Assembly: GCA_965205865.1 (NCBI GenBank)
Contig: CBDBHR010000025.1
Coordinates: forward strand, 207,860-271,859
Reading direction: 5' to 3'
Length of the DNA: 64,000 nt
DNA from: a bacterium
GTDB taxonomy: Bacteria > SAR324 > NAC60-12
Part shown: piece by piece, positions 45,656 to 56,111 of the stretch
How positions within the stretch are numbered: position 1 is the first letter of the stretch
Layout of the letters: every line of letters begins with the position of its first letter
The notes under the pieces: model-generated
What the model was told of the DNA's origin: nothing
The model's input: only the letters and a program-made list of their open reading frames with translations
The model's database searches: none
Translations under genes and position numbers: made by a program

Positions 45656-47512
45656 GACCCTAGCCGAAAAGGGTTTCGAAAATAGTAAATATAACCGATT
45701 GGATTCTATTTGATTCTCTATTTGATTCAATATGACGAGAAAACGATTTATTTTTGTTTTTTATTCGCCCACAGCACAGTTTTTATAGGGAAAAAATCTT
45801 TTTTGGACATACTTTCCTCGCCCCTGCTCATATTTCACACTCCCCCATTGAATATTCAGGCCGCTTGTTTGAGTTGTCTTTTTTTCAACTCAATCATTTT
45901 GCAAAAATTATAGGTTAATGCTTTTTCCAGCAACTCTGCCCGAACGTTTTCAATCCCTCTGCGCATAACTTGTCCGAAATGGAAACGATGCTTAAGATGA
46001 AACATCAACGACTCTGCAGCAGATCTTCCATTTCGTGATTCCAAATAGATTTCACTTTCCCATTCTTCAATCGGGGTCATCTTTTTTCCCTTTGCCCCAC
46101 TAATACTAAAAACCTTAACGCCTTTGCCCATCCACTTTTCTCTGATCGCCTGATTGGCATATCCATCATCAAGGCTCACTTCAGAGGGAATGGTGATGGT
46201 GCATCGCAAATGTTCAACAAGGGCAGGGTCGAGTTGCCCTGAATCAGCAGCATTGCCCTCCGGAGTAATTAACACGGAAATAAAACCATTTCCGCTCCTT
46301 CCTAATTGAGGCTTATATCCGATAAGCGCTTCTCGATCTCCCTTTTGAATATAAGCCGAACTCTGATCGGAAAGACTCAATACTTTCTCAGTAGAAGGAA
46401 CCTTCTTTTCTTCAAAAACTCTTTGATGACAGTAGATGATTACCCGTTGCAAATTAGAAATATCTTCATTCATCATTTCAATGAGGCGAATCAAACGCGT
46501 TTTCCGAGAAGGGGGGAGAAGAGCTTTTTGGGCACGGATATCCACCTTTGCCATTTCTTTTAAAAATTTCCCATGAGCGCTTTGAGCTTTCTTCAATAGG
46601 GTTTTGTAATGTTTTTTTCGCTTCGTTTTACTGTCCTTTTTACCTGTCTCAAAAGCAATCATCTTAGAGAGCTTATTCATCTCCTTGATGAGGAAATCAA
46701 AATTTCTTTCACTGATCTCAGCGATTCCAAATGTATCAAGGGAACGCCCTCGATGGTAGCTTCGCTCCACGAGACGAGTCAATATCGACGAATCAGTAGG
46801 CCAAGCTGTATTTCCTTTTACAGAGGTGCTATCCAGTTTTAAAATATCAAAATCGTCCAACTCTTCATTGAGAACCATTCGAATTTGAGCATCGAAAATA
46901 AACTGTCTGGTCTCGTTGCTGACAGCATTGACATTATCAAGGATTGTACTCGCTCCCGGCATTTTCAATCCACGGTTGAGCAGAAGCAGATGCAGTGTGA
47001 TTGACTCTGAAAGAAATATTTGGGCCGTTTGGGATTTGATACTTCCTAAGTATCCCCGAATCATCATAAAAAGGTAGACTAAAAAAGCCGACATCCGAGG
47101 ACACCCTATTTCCAGCCTCAGTTCTTCCGGCTTCAATTCCTCATCTTCTACGGGAAGATGAGGAAGCCATGGATTCCGGGCTTCCTGCCATCGTTTATCC
47201 TCTAAACGCTCTTTCTTTTTATTTCTTGCGTATTTCTCCAAATCCTGTTCAATTTTGTCCAATATCTCCGGCTCTCGCTCAGACAATTGATCAAGTTCTG
47301 ATAAGAAATTTTCAAATTCTGTATCAGGAGCGCTTAAAAAAAGATGTTTTTCTGCTCGAATGAATGGTTTCATTTTGGGTGCCATAATTCTTAATATTGA
47401 AGTTATTCACAGTTATTTCAATGAATTATGGCACTTTTTAACCTCAAGATATAATTCTAAAAAATACCTTTTTAAAGATATAATTCTAAAAAATACCTTT
47501 TCGGCTAGGACT
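45656..47512 (-). mobile_element. IS5/ISNCY-like insertion sequence, copy A
   Basis: IR GACCCTAGCCGAAAAGG / CCTTTTCGGCTAGGA; flanks TAGATA and CAAATA do not match; 27-bp duplication at 47446-47501. Confidence 0.9.
45856..47385 (-). CDS. DDE transposase (IS5/ISNCY-like), 509 aa
   Basis: DST...WPTD, SLDDGY and RSAAESLMFHLK; differs from the 56310 copy at only a few residues. Confidence 0.9.
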   Translation of the reverse strand: MAPKMKPFIRAEKHLFLSAPDTEFENFLSELDQLSEREPEILDKIEQDLEKYARNKKKERLEDKRWQEARNPWLPHLPVEDEELKPEELRLEIGCPRMSAFLVYLFMMIRGYLGSIKSQTAQIFLSESITLHLLLLNRGLKMPGASTILDNVNAVSNETRQFIFDAQIRMVLNEELDDFDILKLDSTSVKGNTAWPTDSSILTRLVERSYHRGRSLDTFGIAEISERNFDFLIKEMNKLSKMIAFETGKKDSKTKRKKHYKTLLKKAQSAHGKFLKEMAKVDIRAQKALLPPSRKTRLIRLIEMMNEDISNLQRVIIYCHQRVFEEKKVPSTEKVLSLSDQSSAYIQKGDREALIGYKPQLGRSGNGFISVLITPEGNAADSGQLDPALVEHLRCTITIPSEVSLDDGYANQAIREKWMGKGVKVFSISGAKGKKMTPIEEWESEIYLESRNGRSAAESLMFHLKHRFHFGQVMRRGIENVRAELLEKALTYNFCKMIELKKRQLKQAA

Positions 47513-47558
47513 CAAATAGTTAACACCAGAATCAACATTTTAAGAGATCACCATTACC

Positions 47559-48941
47559 ATGAAAAACAAAGGTAGCGCAAGATCGGCAAGAACGACAGCA
47601 AAAAACATCCATATCAGCCAGGGAGGCAGAGACCTGACCGCGCAAGCAGGCTTGATTCCGGTTGTCAAATTTTTTCACAAAGAAGGGATTGTTTCAAAGA
47701 CAGAGCAGACCGTAGATCATCGGCGTGGCGCCACGGGTCTTTATGACGCGGTGGACATGGTCATTTTGTCGGTGGTCGGCATTGTTGGTGGCGCCCGTTC
47801 GATTCGTTCGATTGTGACAGTTTGGAACGACCGTGTTTTGAGTCGTGTGGCCGGTTGGCTGAGGATTCCGGATGAAACCACATTCGGCCGGATACTGCGT
47901 ACTTTCACACAGAAAAACATCAATGAGATGGAGAGCTTGAACCATCGGATTCGAGCCGGTATCTGGCGTAAGGCGCTTCGAAGTGGGACAAGCATCGTTG
48001 GGGTGTTACACTGTCTTGTGATTGACGTGGACTCCACTGTGAAAACGGCCTACGGCAAGCAGCAAGGAGTGTCTGTCGGATATAATCCCCACAAACGCGG
48101 TGCAGCTTCGTATCATCCTCTGCTGGCATTTTGCGCAGAGACAAAGGAGATTCTTCAGGGTTGGCTTCGTGATGGGAGTGCCTATACCAGCAATGGAGTC
48201 GTTGAATTCATGCGGCAACTTCTCGCTCACCTTCCAAATCGGACTCGCACTCTGTTTCGTGGAGACAGTGGTTTTTTTGTGGGGGATTTGCTGGATTTCC
48301 TCGAAGAACGAGGCCATGGCTATCTGATCAAGGTCAAACTCAAGGGGCTTGTCTCGTTGTTGGAAACCCAAAAATGGCAAAAAGTGAAGGGGCAGCCCGC
48401 TTGGGAAGGGTGTGAGTTTTCCCACCAATGTGAAACTTGGAGGAGGTCAAGAAAATTCATGGCCGTACGCAGGGAGAAAGAGGAGGAACTCAAAGGGATG
48501 GCCACCCTCTTTGAGATGAAGGAGTACGATTATTTTTGTTATGTTCTCACTGACGCGCTCACTCCCTGGCAGGCTCACAAAGAGTATGGCCAAAGGGCGG
48601 TCGCTGAGACATGGATTGAGGAAGCAAAAAATCAAACTGCGCTGGCTCAGATTAAAACCGACGATTTTTGGGCCAACAGTGCCTTGTTCCAATGCGCGAT
48701 ACTCGCTTACAACACGCTGCGCTGGATGGCCCTTTGTAGTGGTAACGCAATACTGCGCCGTTGGGAACCGGCCACCATGCGCACCTATCTTGTCCGAATG
48801 GCAGGAAAATGGACGAGTGGCGCTCGTCAACAAAAACTGAGAGTTCCGGAAAGAACACTTTACAATGCTCAATGGGATGCATGGGTCGCTGTTGGAGAGA
48901 CCTGGATCCTTTGTTTCACTCCAGTGGATACATTTTGCTGA
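47559..48941 (+). CDS. IS1380 family transposase
   Basis: IDVDSTV, YHPLLAF, LRDGSAYT, FRGDSGFF and QRAVAETWIEEAK; putative right IR GCAGGATTTAGG ending at 49158. Confidence 0.92.
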   Translation: MKNKGSARSARTTAKNIHISQGGRDLTAQAGLIPVVKFFHKEGIVSKTEQTVDHRRGATGLYDAVDMVILSVVGIVGGARSIRSIVTVWNDRVLSRVAGWLRIPDETTFGRILRTFTQKNINEMESLNHRIRAGIWRKALRSGTSIVGVLHCLVIDVDSTVKTAYGKQQGVSVGYNPHKRGAASYHPLLAFCAETKEILQGWLRDGSAYTSNGVVEFMRQLLAHLPNRTRTLFRGDSGFFVGDLLDFLEERGHGYLIKVKLKGLVSLLETQKWQKVKGQPAWEGCEFSHQCETWRRSRKFMAVRREKEEELKGMATLFEMKEYDYFCYVLTDALTPWQAHKEYGQRAVAETWIEEAKNQTALAQIKTDDFWANSALFQCAILAYNTLRWMALCSGNAILRRWEPATMRTYLVRMAGKWTSGARQQKLRVPERTLYNAQWDAWVAVGETWILCFTPVDTFC

Positions 48942-49314
48942 GATGTAGATTCCCAAATCCAGGGAGAAGTACGTCTTGAATCTTGTGCCCGCGAAAGCGG
49001 GTATCAGATCATCACAAAATATGACGATCTAATGGAGGGCGGAAAAACCTTTATGAGCAAGGACTGATGGAAATTCAACTCTCAAATCCTTTTTTTTAAA
49101 AAAACCTCTCAAAGAGTGGGGGGAAACTCAATCAAAATATTCAATTGCAGGATTTAGGTCATACTCAGTATGGGTGAGAATACAAATAATAAACACTTTT
49201 TGAGAATTATAATTAATGCGGGTTATGAGCCTATAATTATTTCCTCCAATATTGAAGACGGTTCGTCTTCCTACTTGATCAGCATGGGGATATAATGAAC
49301 GGATTTCTTCGATA

Positions 49315-50570
49315 GTAACTATTCAGGTATCTTCAGAGAACCCATCGATTTAAGCACGGATTTTGCACTGCGCAAAATACAGAAAGGATTTTATGCTCTC
49401 GAAAGTTCAAAAATATATTGATTCTATTTCATCGACTCTCCAGCTCGAGGCTCTTCAAGTTCAAGAAGCCTGTCTACTCTCTGAAAAAGAAGGTGAGCAA
49501 TGGAAGCAAGAGCGCTTAGAACTCCTCAAACGTATTGAAGTTCTCGAGACAGAAAATAAGCGTATTGAAGCTCTCGAAGTGGAAATTAAGCAACTTCGGG
49601 ATCGGCTGGCTCTCAACAGCCAAAACTCGAGCAAGCCACCATCCTGCGATGCAAGTCGCAAGAGCAAAAGTTCAGGTAAAAGCAGGGGTCGCTCTCGCGG
49701 AGGGTTCCCACACGATCGATTAAACAATATCGTGGGAGGTCAACCCGGTCATCAAGGCCTTCATTTGGCTTTCAGTGAATCGCCAGATCGTATGGAATTG
49801 TCAACACCTGTGAAGCCTGTGGAGAAGATTTATCCAAGGTGACGGTTGAGGCCACGCTTAAACGTCAGGTGTTTGATCTCCCCTCTCTGCAATGAGAGGT
49901 TACCGAACACCAAGTGGAACAAAAAATTTGTCCCTGCTGCCAGCATCTGAATCACTCGACGTTTCCGGCAGGGGTGTCAGCACCGACTCAATATGGTGCG
50001 AGAATCAAAGGCTTAGCCGTTTACCTGCACCCCTATCAATTCCTCCCCTTTGAGCGATGCCGTCAATGCTTTGAAGATCTTTTCGGCCAGTCTCCCAGCG
50101 TAACCACGATTCATGAAAGCCTCCGGCAAGCAGCCCATTTGCTGCATCCCTTGCAACAACAAGTGGCTCAGGCTTTGATTCAATCCCCGCTCGTTCATTT
50201 TGATGAAACCTCACTGTTTGAAAACAAACAACGTCGCTGGCTTCACTCAGCCTCGAGCAAGCAGATGACTTTTTATTTTATCCATGACAAACGCGGCAAA
50301 GCGGGAATGAAGGAAAGCTTGTTATTCATGCATGACTTTCAAGTTCCTTTTGACAACAACCAAGCCGAGAGAGATATTCGCATGGTTAAATTGAAACAGA
50401 AAATCTCAGGTGGCTTGCGAACTGCTGAAGGATCGCAGGCTTTTTGTACCATCCGAGGAGCTATTTCCACTAGCAGAAAACAGGGGAAATCCATGCTCGA
50501 GTTGCTCACTCGGGCTTTGCATCCCCCGGATCAAGTCCGGGACAGGCTTCACCTGCTCCTCCTTGTTACT
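49315..50570 (+). pseudogene. Degenerate IS66 family element (single TnpC type) with frameshifts and an internal deletion
   Basis: Left end GTAACTATTCAGG; NSQNSSKPPS, GQPGH, VHFDET and VPFDNNQAERDIRMVKLKQKISG. Confidence 0.88.
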
Positions 50571-50619
50571 GAAACTCTCCTTTTTTTTAAACGTTCGGCC
50601 TCCTGCGTGGCTAAAAGTA

Positions 50620-50780
50620 TTCATAGCAAACATAGCATCGTCAATGCGATTTTGTATGTCCTGAAAACGGGTTGTCAGTGGAGCATGCTTGCCCATGATT
50701 TACCTCCCTGGCAAAGCGTTTACGATCATTATCGCCGTTGGAAAAAACGCTGGACTGTGGAGCGAACATTCGCTTTTTGG
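50620..50780 (+). pseudogene. Internally deleted IS5-family (DUF4096) transposase fragment
   Basis: IVNAILYVLKTGCQWSMLAHDLPPWQSVYDHYRRW fused directly to the C-terminal KRWTVERTFA. Confidence 0.8.
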
Positions 50781-51083
50781 CTCATGCCGAAGACTGAACG
50801 GCTTCTGACTGTCCCCGGATTTGAGCAGATTTATTGATTTTTTATTTTTTTGCGAATCCCGCATTTATTTTGCCTTGGGGGGTTGATATTGGGTTGTTGT
50901 ACTAGGATCATGCCATCTCTGAGTTGTTTTGGTGAAAGAAAGGGTTCCCGATCGATTGAACAATATCGTGAGAGGAATTGAAAACGATTGATCATCCTTG
51001 GGAATCTTTTTTAATGATATTTAACTAAACAGGTTTTTCAGTGACCTGAATAGTTTCACTCAATTATGTAAGAAGAGGTTCCA

Positions 51084-53012
51084 ATGTATCTTAAGAAATT
51101 TCTGGCCCGCTTCGTTGGGCTGACCGTGGCAGACGTCGTGTCTGCTGCGAAAATCGGATTCGCTCCCTGGCGGGTGAATCGTTCTTGTCACCCTCAATTA
51201 AAAGAGGTTACTATGGGTATCGTAAAGAAACTTGTTGCCTCCATCACGGGGCTGAACCCGGCAGGCGCCTGGTCTGCTGCAAAAACGCAATCCTTGTTGC
51301 TCACCCTTATCCTGATGGTGGCCGCTCTCGGGGTCGGTTCAGCTGTCGGGGCTGACAAAATGATGGTCAAAGATCCGTCTACTGGAAAAATGGTGACCGC
51401 GCCGGAATACGGCGGGAGCCTGACCTTCACTAAGAGGCAGTGGCCAGCGAATACGGACACTTTGGCCGGTGGCAGGTGGGCGTCCCAGTTGGTCTTTGCC
51501 GTGCTGGATAAGCCGGCTCTCGCGGACTGGGGAATCAATAGAGACGAGTTTTCATTGAATTTGCCCTGGCCAACCATCGATTTCCTAAAAGGGTCACTGG
51601 TGGAACGCTGGGAACAAACGGACGACCTCACCATCATCTTCCACATTCGCGAGGGCGTGCGCTGGCATAACAAGGCGCCGATGAACGGTCGAGAATTTAC
51701 TGCGGATGATATGGTATTCAACTTTCACCGTATGCTGGGTCTGGGCAGCGGCTTCACCGAACCAAGCCCCCAGCTGACGGCTCAACTTGCTCCGATCAAA
51801 GTCGAATCCATAACGGCTATAGACAACACGGTTGTCTTTAAACTGAGGGAGCCGAACATTGGGGCGCTGCAGGGTCTCGTCGACGACGAAACCGCATATA
51901 TGTATCCCCCCGAGGTCATCAAGCAGCACGGCGACGCCACCGATTGGAAGGTCTTGGTTGGCACCGGACCTTTTGAGCTGACTGACGTGGTCGAGGAAAG
52001 CTCGGTAACCTGGACCAGGAATCCCAACTACTGGGGCTTCGACGAAAAATACCCGGAGAACCGCTTACCCTATGTTGACGAGCTAAGAGCTCTGCATATG
52101 CCAGAAGCAGCAACGTATTTGTCGGCACTACGCACGGGTCAAGTTGATACTGGATATAAGTTAACTAGTATCGACCAGGTAGATAGTCTTCAGCGGACCA
52201 ACCCCGAAATCCAGATATATATGCAGTACACTCGGTCGAATGATACGTGGGGTTTGAACGCTCAAGAAGAGCCCTTTGACGACATCAGGGTACGCAAAGC
52301 GATGCAGATGGCGCTGGACCTCGATACAGCTAACGCCACCTTCTTTAAGGGTCTGGCAGAAATGAGGCCTTATGGGGTTACCCGGTTGCCGGGTCATCAC
52401 GTTCCATTTGAGGAGTGGCCCGAAGAGGTCAAGAAAGGCTTTACATACGACCCGGAAGGTGCAGAGGCGTTGCTTGATGAAGCCGGGTATCCTCGCGGCT
52501 CGGATGGCATTAGATTCAAGACCGTGTTGAGCCACTACGCCGCGCGCAATTTGGGCTATACGGAACTAGCCGCTGGATTCTGGCGTGACATTGGCGTTGA
52601 CGTAGAGATTGAGATACAGGCGACCGGTGCCGAAGTTGTCGCTGCGAGAACAGATAGGAACTTCAAAATGGCCTCTGCCGAAGGGGGCCTCCTCAACGCC
52701 TATCCAGCCCGCTTTTGGTCGGGAAACATACACAACACCGCGAACGCAAAAGACCCGTGGTATGACTCCGCGTATGAAGCCATCTCAGAGGCTAAATCAC
52801 GCGCGGAGTACGAGGCAATGGTTCGAGAGATGGATATGTATAGTATAGAGCAATTCTGGCATATATGGGGCGGCATGGCCCCGGAGATTGTGCCGGTGCA
52901 GCCGTGGGTCATCGGGTATAACGGTGAACTCAATCTGGGAAGCGGTCAATATTGGCTCCAGTATTCCCGCATGTGGATTGACTCAGCGCTGAAGCAAGAA
53001 ATGGGGCAGTAG
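51084..53012 (+). CDS. Family 5 ABC solute-binding protein (SBP-2), intact; alternative start at 51213
   Basis: Same motifs as SBP-1 with an uninterrupted frame. Confidence 0.93.
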   Translation: MYLKKFLARFVGLTVADVVSAAKIGFAPWRVNRSCHPQLKEVTMGIVKKLVASITGLNPAGAWSAAKTQSLLLTLILMVAALGVGSAVGADKMMVKDPSTGKMVTAPEYGGSLTFTKRQWPANTDTLAGGRWASQLVFAVLDKPALADWGINRDEFSLNLPWPTIDFLKGSLVERWEQTDDLTIIFHIREGVRWHNKAPMNGREFTADDMVFNFHRMLGLGSGFTEPSPQLTAQLAPIKVESITAIDNTVVFKLREPNIGALQGLVDDETAYMYPPEVIKQHGDATDWKVLVGTGPFELTDVVEESSVTWTRNPNYWGFDEKYPENRLPYVDELRALHMPEAATYLSALRTGQVDTGYKLTSIDQVDSLQRTNPEIQIYMQYTRSNDTWGLNAQEEPFDDIRVRKAMQMALDLDTANATFFKGLAEMRPYGVTRLPGHHVPFEEWPEEVKKGFTYDPEGAEALLDEAGYPRGSDGIRFKTVLSHYAARNLGYTELAAGFWRDIGVDVEIEIQATGAEVVAARTDRNFKMASAEGGLLNAYPARFWSGNIHNTANAKDPWYDSAYEAISEAKSRAEYEAMVREMDMYSIEQFWHIWGGMAPEIVPVQPWVIGYNGELNLGSGQYWLQYSRMWIDSALKQEMGQ

Positions 53013-53021
53013 GGGCTTTTC

Positions 53022-53984
53022 ATGAGAGCCTATCTCATCCGGCGGATATTGCTGATCATCCCCACCCTGTTTCTTTTGACCATCCTGGTCTTTCTCTCGG
53101 TGCGTTTCCTCCCCGGGGATGTCGTAGACGCAATGCTGGCTCGGCTGATGAATGTATCAACGGTGGGGACGGTTGACCGAGAAGCGCTTGAGCGTCAGCT
53201 GGGACTGGATGTGCCTGGCTACGTCCAGTATGCACGCTGGTTGGCCGGTATTTTCCGGCACGGCAGCCTTGGTGAATCTCTGATGGGTCGAGGGGCGGTG
53301 GAAGAGCAGATAATCAGTAGACTCCCAGTCACCCTTGAGCTTGGCCTCCTGGCCATCGTCATCGGGTTGCTGATCGCCCTGCCGGTGGGTATCTATTCGG
53401 CGATTCGACAGGATACGGCCGCCGACTACGCGGGGCGCTCCATCGCCATCCTCGGCCTGGCCACGCCGAACTTCTGGCTGGGAATCATGGTCATGGTCTA
53501 TCCGGCCATCTGGTGGGGCTGGTCGCCCTCGATGGAGGTGATTCCTTTCTCCGAAGACCCGCTGGGCAATCTCGGCATGTTCTTCATTCCCAGCCTGATC
53601 CTGGGGACAGCCTCGTCTGCCGCCATCATGCGGCTGACGCGCACCATGATGCTGGAGGTGCTGCGGCAGGACTATATCCGCACCGCCTGGTCCAAGGGGC
53701 TCCGGGAGCGGGTCGTCATAATCCGGCACACCATCAAAAATGCCCTCATCCCGATCGTGTCCCTGATCGGCCTGCAGTTGCCGATCCTGGTTGGCGGCTC
53801 CGTGATCATGGAAAACATCTTCAACCTGCCGGGGTTAGGTCGTCTCTTGCTGAGTGCCCTCGAAGACCGGGACTACCCGGTGGTCTCCGGAGTCAACCTG
53901 TTTTTCGCCACCGTGGTGTTGGGGATCAATCTCCTCATCGATCTGCTTTATGCGTATTTGGACCCGAGGGTGCGTTATGAGTGA
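53022..53984 (+). CDS. ABC permease, DppB/OppB type
   Basis: YLIRR, PGD, EAA-loop QDYIRTAWSKGL and DLLYAYLDPR. Confidence 0.95.
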   Translation: MRAYLIRRILLIIPTLFLLTILVFLSVRFLPGDVVDAMLARLMNVSTVGTVDREALERQLGLDVPGYVQYARWLAGIFRHGSLGESLMGRGAVEEQIISRLPVTLELGLLAIVIGLLIALPVGIYSAIRQDTAADYAGRSIAILGLATPNFWLGIMVMVYPAIWWGWSPSMEVIPFSEDPLGNLGMFFIPSLILGTASSAAIMRLTRTMMLEVLRQDYIRTAWSKGLRERVVIIRHTIKNALIPIVSLIGLQLPILVGGSVIMENIFNLPGLGRLLLSALEDRDYPVVSGVNLFFATVVLGINLLIDLLYAYLDPRVRYE

Positions 53985-54533
53985 GGCCAAGCGACGAGGC
54001 CGGCTGGCTGAATTCTTGATCAGGTTGGTCAAGGAGAAACCCGTGGGTGTTCTTTGCGGGATGATCGTCTTGCTCTTGATTTTTGTGACGATCTTCGCCG
54101 ACGTTCTGGCTCCTTATGAATATTATAAAATGCACCTGTTAGACCGGTTGAAGGGCTCGTCAGCCCAGTATCCGCTGGGGACCGACCACCTGGGGCGAGA
54201 CTTGTTGAGCCGCCTGATCTACGGAGCTCGTATTTCGTTACTGGTCGGTCTGGCCGCGACCACTCTCAATTGGGATTCGGGTTACCCCCTAAGATTCCCA
54301 GCTGGGGAGAGATGCTCAGCCAGGAAGGACGTCAGTACATGGAGATGGCCCCCTGGCTGGCTCTCTGGCCTGGTCTTGCCCTGACGATTGTCGTCTACTC
54401 CTTCAACATGTTCGGCGATGCGGTGAGAGACCTGCTTGATCCCCGACTGCGAGGCGGGCAAGGCCGTTACGGCACCGCGAAAATGAAACGCAAACGAGGA
54501 TTCCTGTCCCGGCTAATCAATCCCTTCTCTTAG
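53977..54533 (+). pseudogene. ABC permease, DppC/OppC type, with a large internal deletion near 54270
   Basis: LGTDHLGRDLLSRLIYGARISL joins out of frame to GFGLPP...SWG...GDAVRDLLDPR; the central part present in the 61573 paralogue is missing. Confidence 0.88.
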
Positions 54534-54749
54534 GTGAAGCCCCTTCCCCAATCGGGTCGCAGACCTCATCCAACCGCATGGTCTCAAAGCAAGCGGGCGA
54601 TGCCTTATTGGGGATGACCCGTTTTCAAAAGCGCCTCTATCTTATATCATTCTCGCTGGAGCATTGTTCCTCCGTGAACCGGTCTTACAAAAACAGGCGC
54701 GCAGGGGACAGGCGCGCAAGGTCCGGGGGACAAGAGAAGAAACGTTCCT

Positions 54750-54826
54750 GAAATAATGGCGCGAACTCCTCTTTCGGTGACGTGATGGGCAACACCTGGA
54801 AGGACCACTCTCGCTAACCTGGCGAT
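54750..54826 (-). pseudogene. Second RAYT N-terminal fragment
   Basis: Minus strand reads ARLARVVLPGVAHHVTERG downstream of RBS GGAGGT. Confidence 0.7.
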
Positions 54827-54962
54827 CTTACCTCCAATTTCTGAAGTGAAAATTCAATGCTAGATAATGATTCACAATCATTATCAAATTAAGAAATCCA
54901 TTGTAAAAATGAGTAACTGTCCCCGGATTAATTACTTTTCCCATAATAACCTTTTATCATTA

Positions 54963-55226
54963 TCATAGCTCACCTTTATAAGTAGAAGACCATCCTAATA
55001 ATTTTCTTAATTTCTGACCGGGATTGAATTTGAATGCGCAAGATTCGCATCTTTGATCTAAATAAAAACTACCCACTCCTGGGAGAGGGGCTCCTCGTCC
55101 TTCTTTAAATGTTTTCCAGATGGTCTCAGTGACTCCTTCCATCCAGGCCGTTGCCGTTTTTTCATCAGTATTCATTTGCAAGGCGAGTATTTGAATGAAT
55201 TCTTTTTTTGTAATAGAACTGGCCAT
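54963..55226 (-). CDS. HU/IHF-like DNA-binding protein (short, divergent)
   Basis: ITKKEFI, LPGVGSF and FKFNPGQKLR. Confidence 0.8.
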   Translation of the reverse strand: MASSITKKEFIQILALQMNTDEKTATAWMEGVTETIWKTFKEGRGAPLPGVGSFYLDQRCESCAFKFNPGQKLRKLLGWSSTYKGEL

Positions 55227-56111
55227 TATTTCTTCGAATATGGATTTTTAATATGGAAGCCATACAATATTTTGAAAACAGTGGGCTTCCTGAAGCGATG
55301 GGCTATGGTGTTCAATGGTATTTATCAATTTTTTAAATTATTTTCAAACTGAAACCTGTTGATATTTTTGCTTATAATCAATTTCACAAATTAACTCGGA
55401 TATTTATTAAAAAAATGTTGACTTCTTTATTAAATTTATATGAATACGCTCATGCGTTAATCAGTCGTCGAATTTAAAAATATTGACACACATTTGTAGG
55501 GCGAGTAAAAGATTCTTTCCAAGGACGAAAGGGTATAAGTAAGTCGCCGTTTAATAAAAGCTTTACAAAATGTTTATATGCGTGTTGCGTTCCAAGTTCT
55601 AAGTGTAATGGGTACGAATTCACTTTCGAAATCCATTTTCATCAATAATATTTGAGGAGATAATCATGAAAAAGATCAGGAAAAAATTGATGCTGGTAGC
55701 TTTGTCGGGGGCGATTGCTCTGGGGATGGGCTTGATTGCTTTAGCCCAAGAAATGCTGAAAGACCCGGCCACCGGAAAAATGGTGAGCGAGCCGGTCTAT
55801 GGGGGAAGCTTCACCACGATGTTGTCTGCGGACATTCCGTATTGGGACACCTATCAAGGTTCGTTGGCAACCGTGATCACTTCCTATGTTTACGAAAAAT
55901 TAGCCTATGGCGATTGGGCGGCAGACCGCATGGTATTCCCTTTCACCAGTGACTATATTCCCTTCGATTCCTACCGGGGCCATCTGGCAGAGAGTTGGGA
56001 GCAGACCAGTCCCACGACCTTTACCGTCAAATTACGCCAGGGGGTGCATTGGCAAAATAAGGCACCCATGAATGGGCGGGAGATGGTCGCGCAGGACGTT
56101 GAGTTTAGCTA

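Noticed and set aside
49151-49166. IS1380 nested inside the IR tip of IS copy A (TC follows its right end)
   Set aside because: No target duplication, no matching TAGATA afterwards and no IS1380 left IR; the 2-bp match is likely chance.
49315-51057. Single intact IS66 composite bounded by GTAACTATTCAGG and CCTGAATAGTTTC
   Set aside because: The 8-bp flanks do not match, and the right part is shared with the SBP-1 promoter block, so it is a mosaic.
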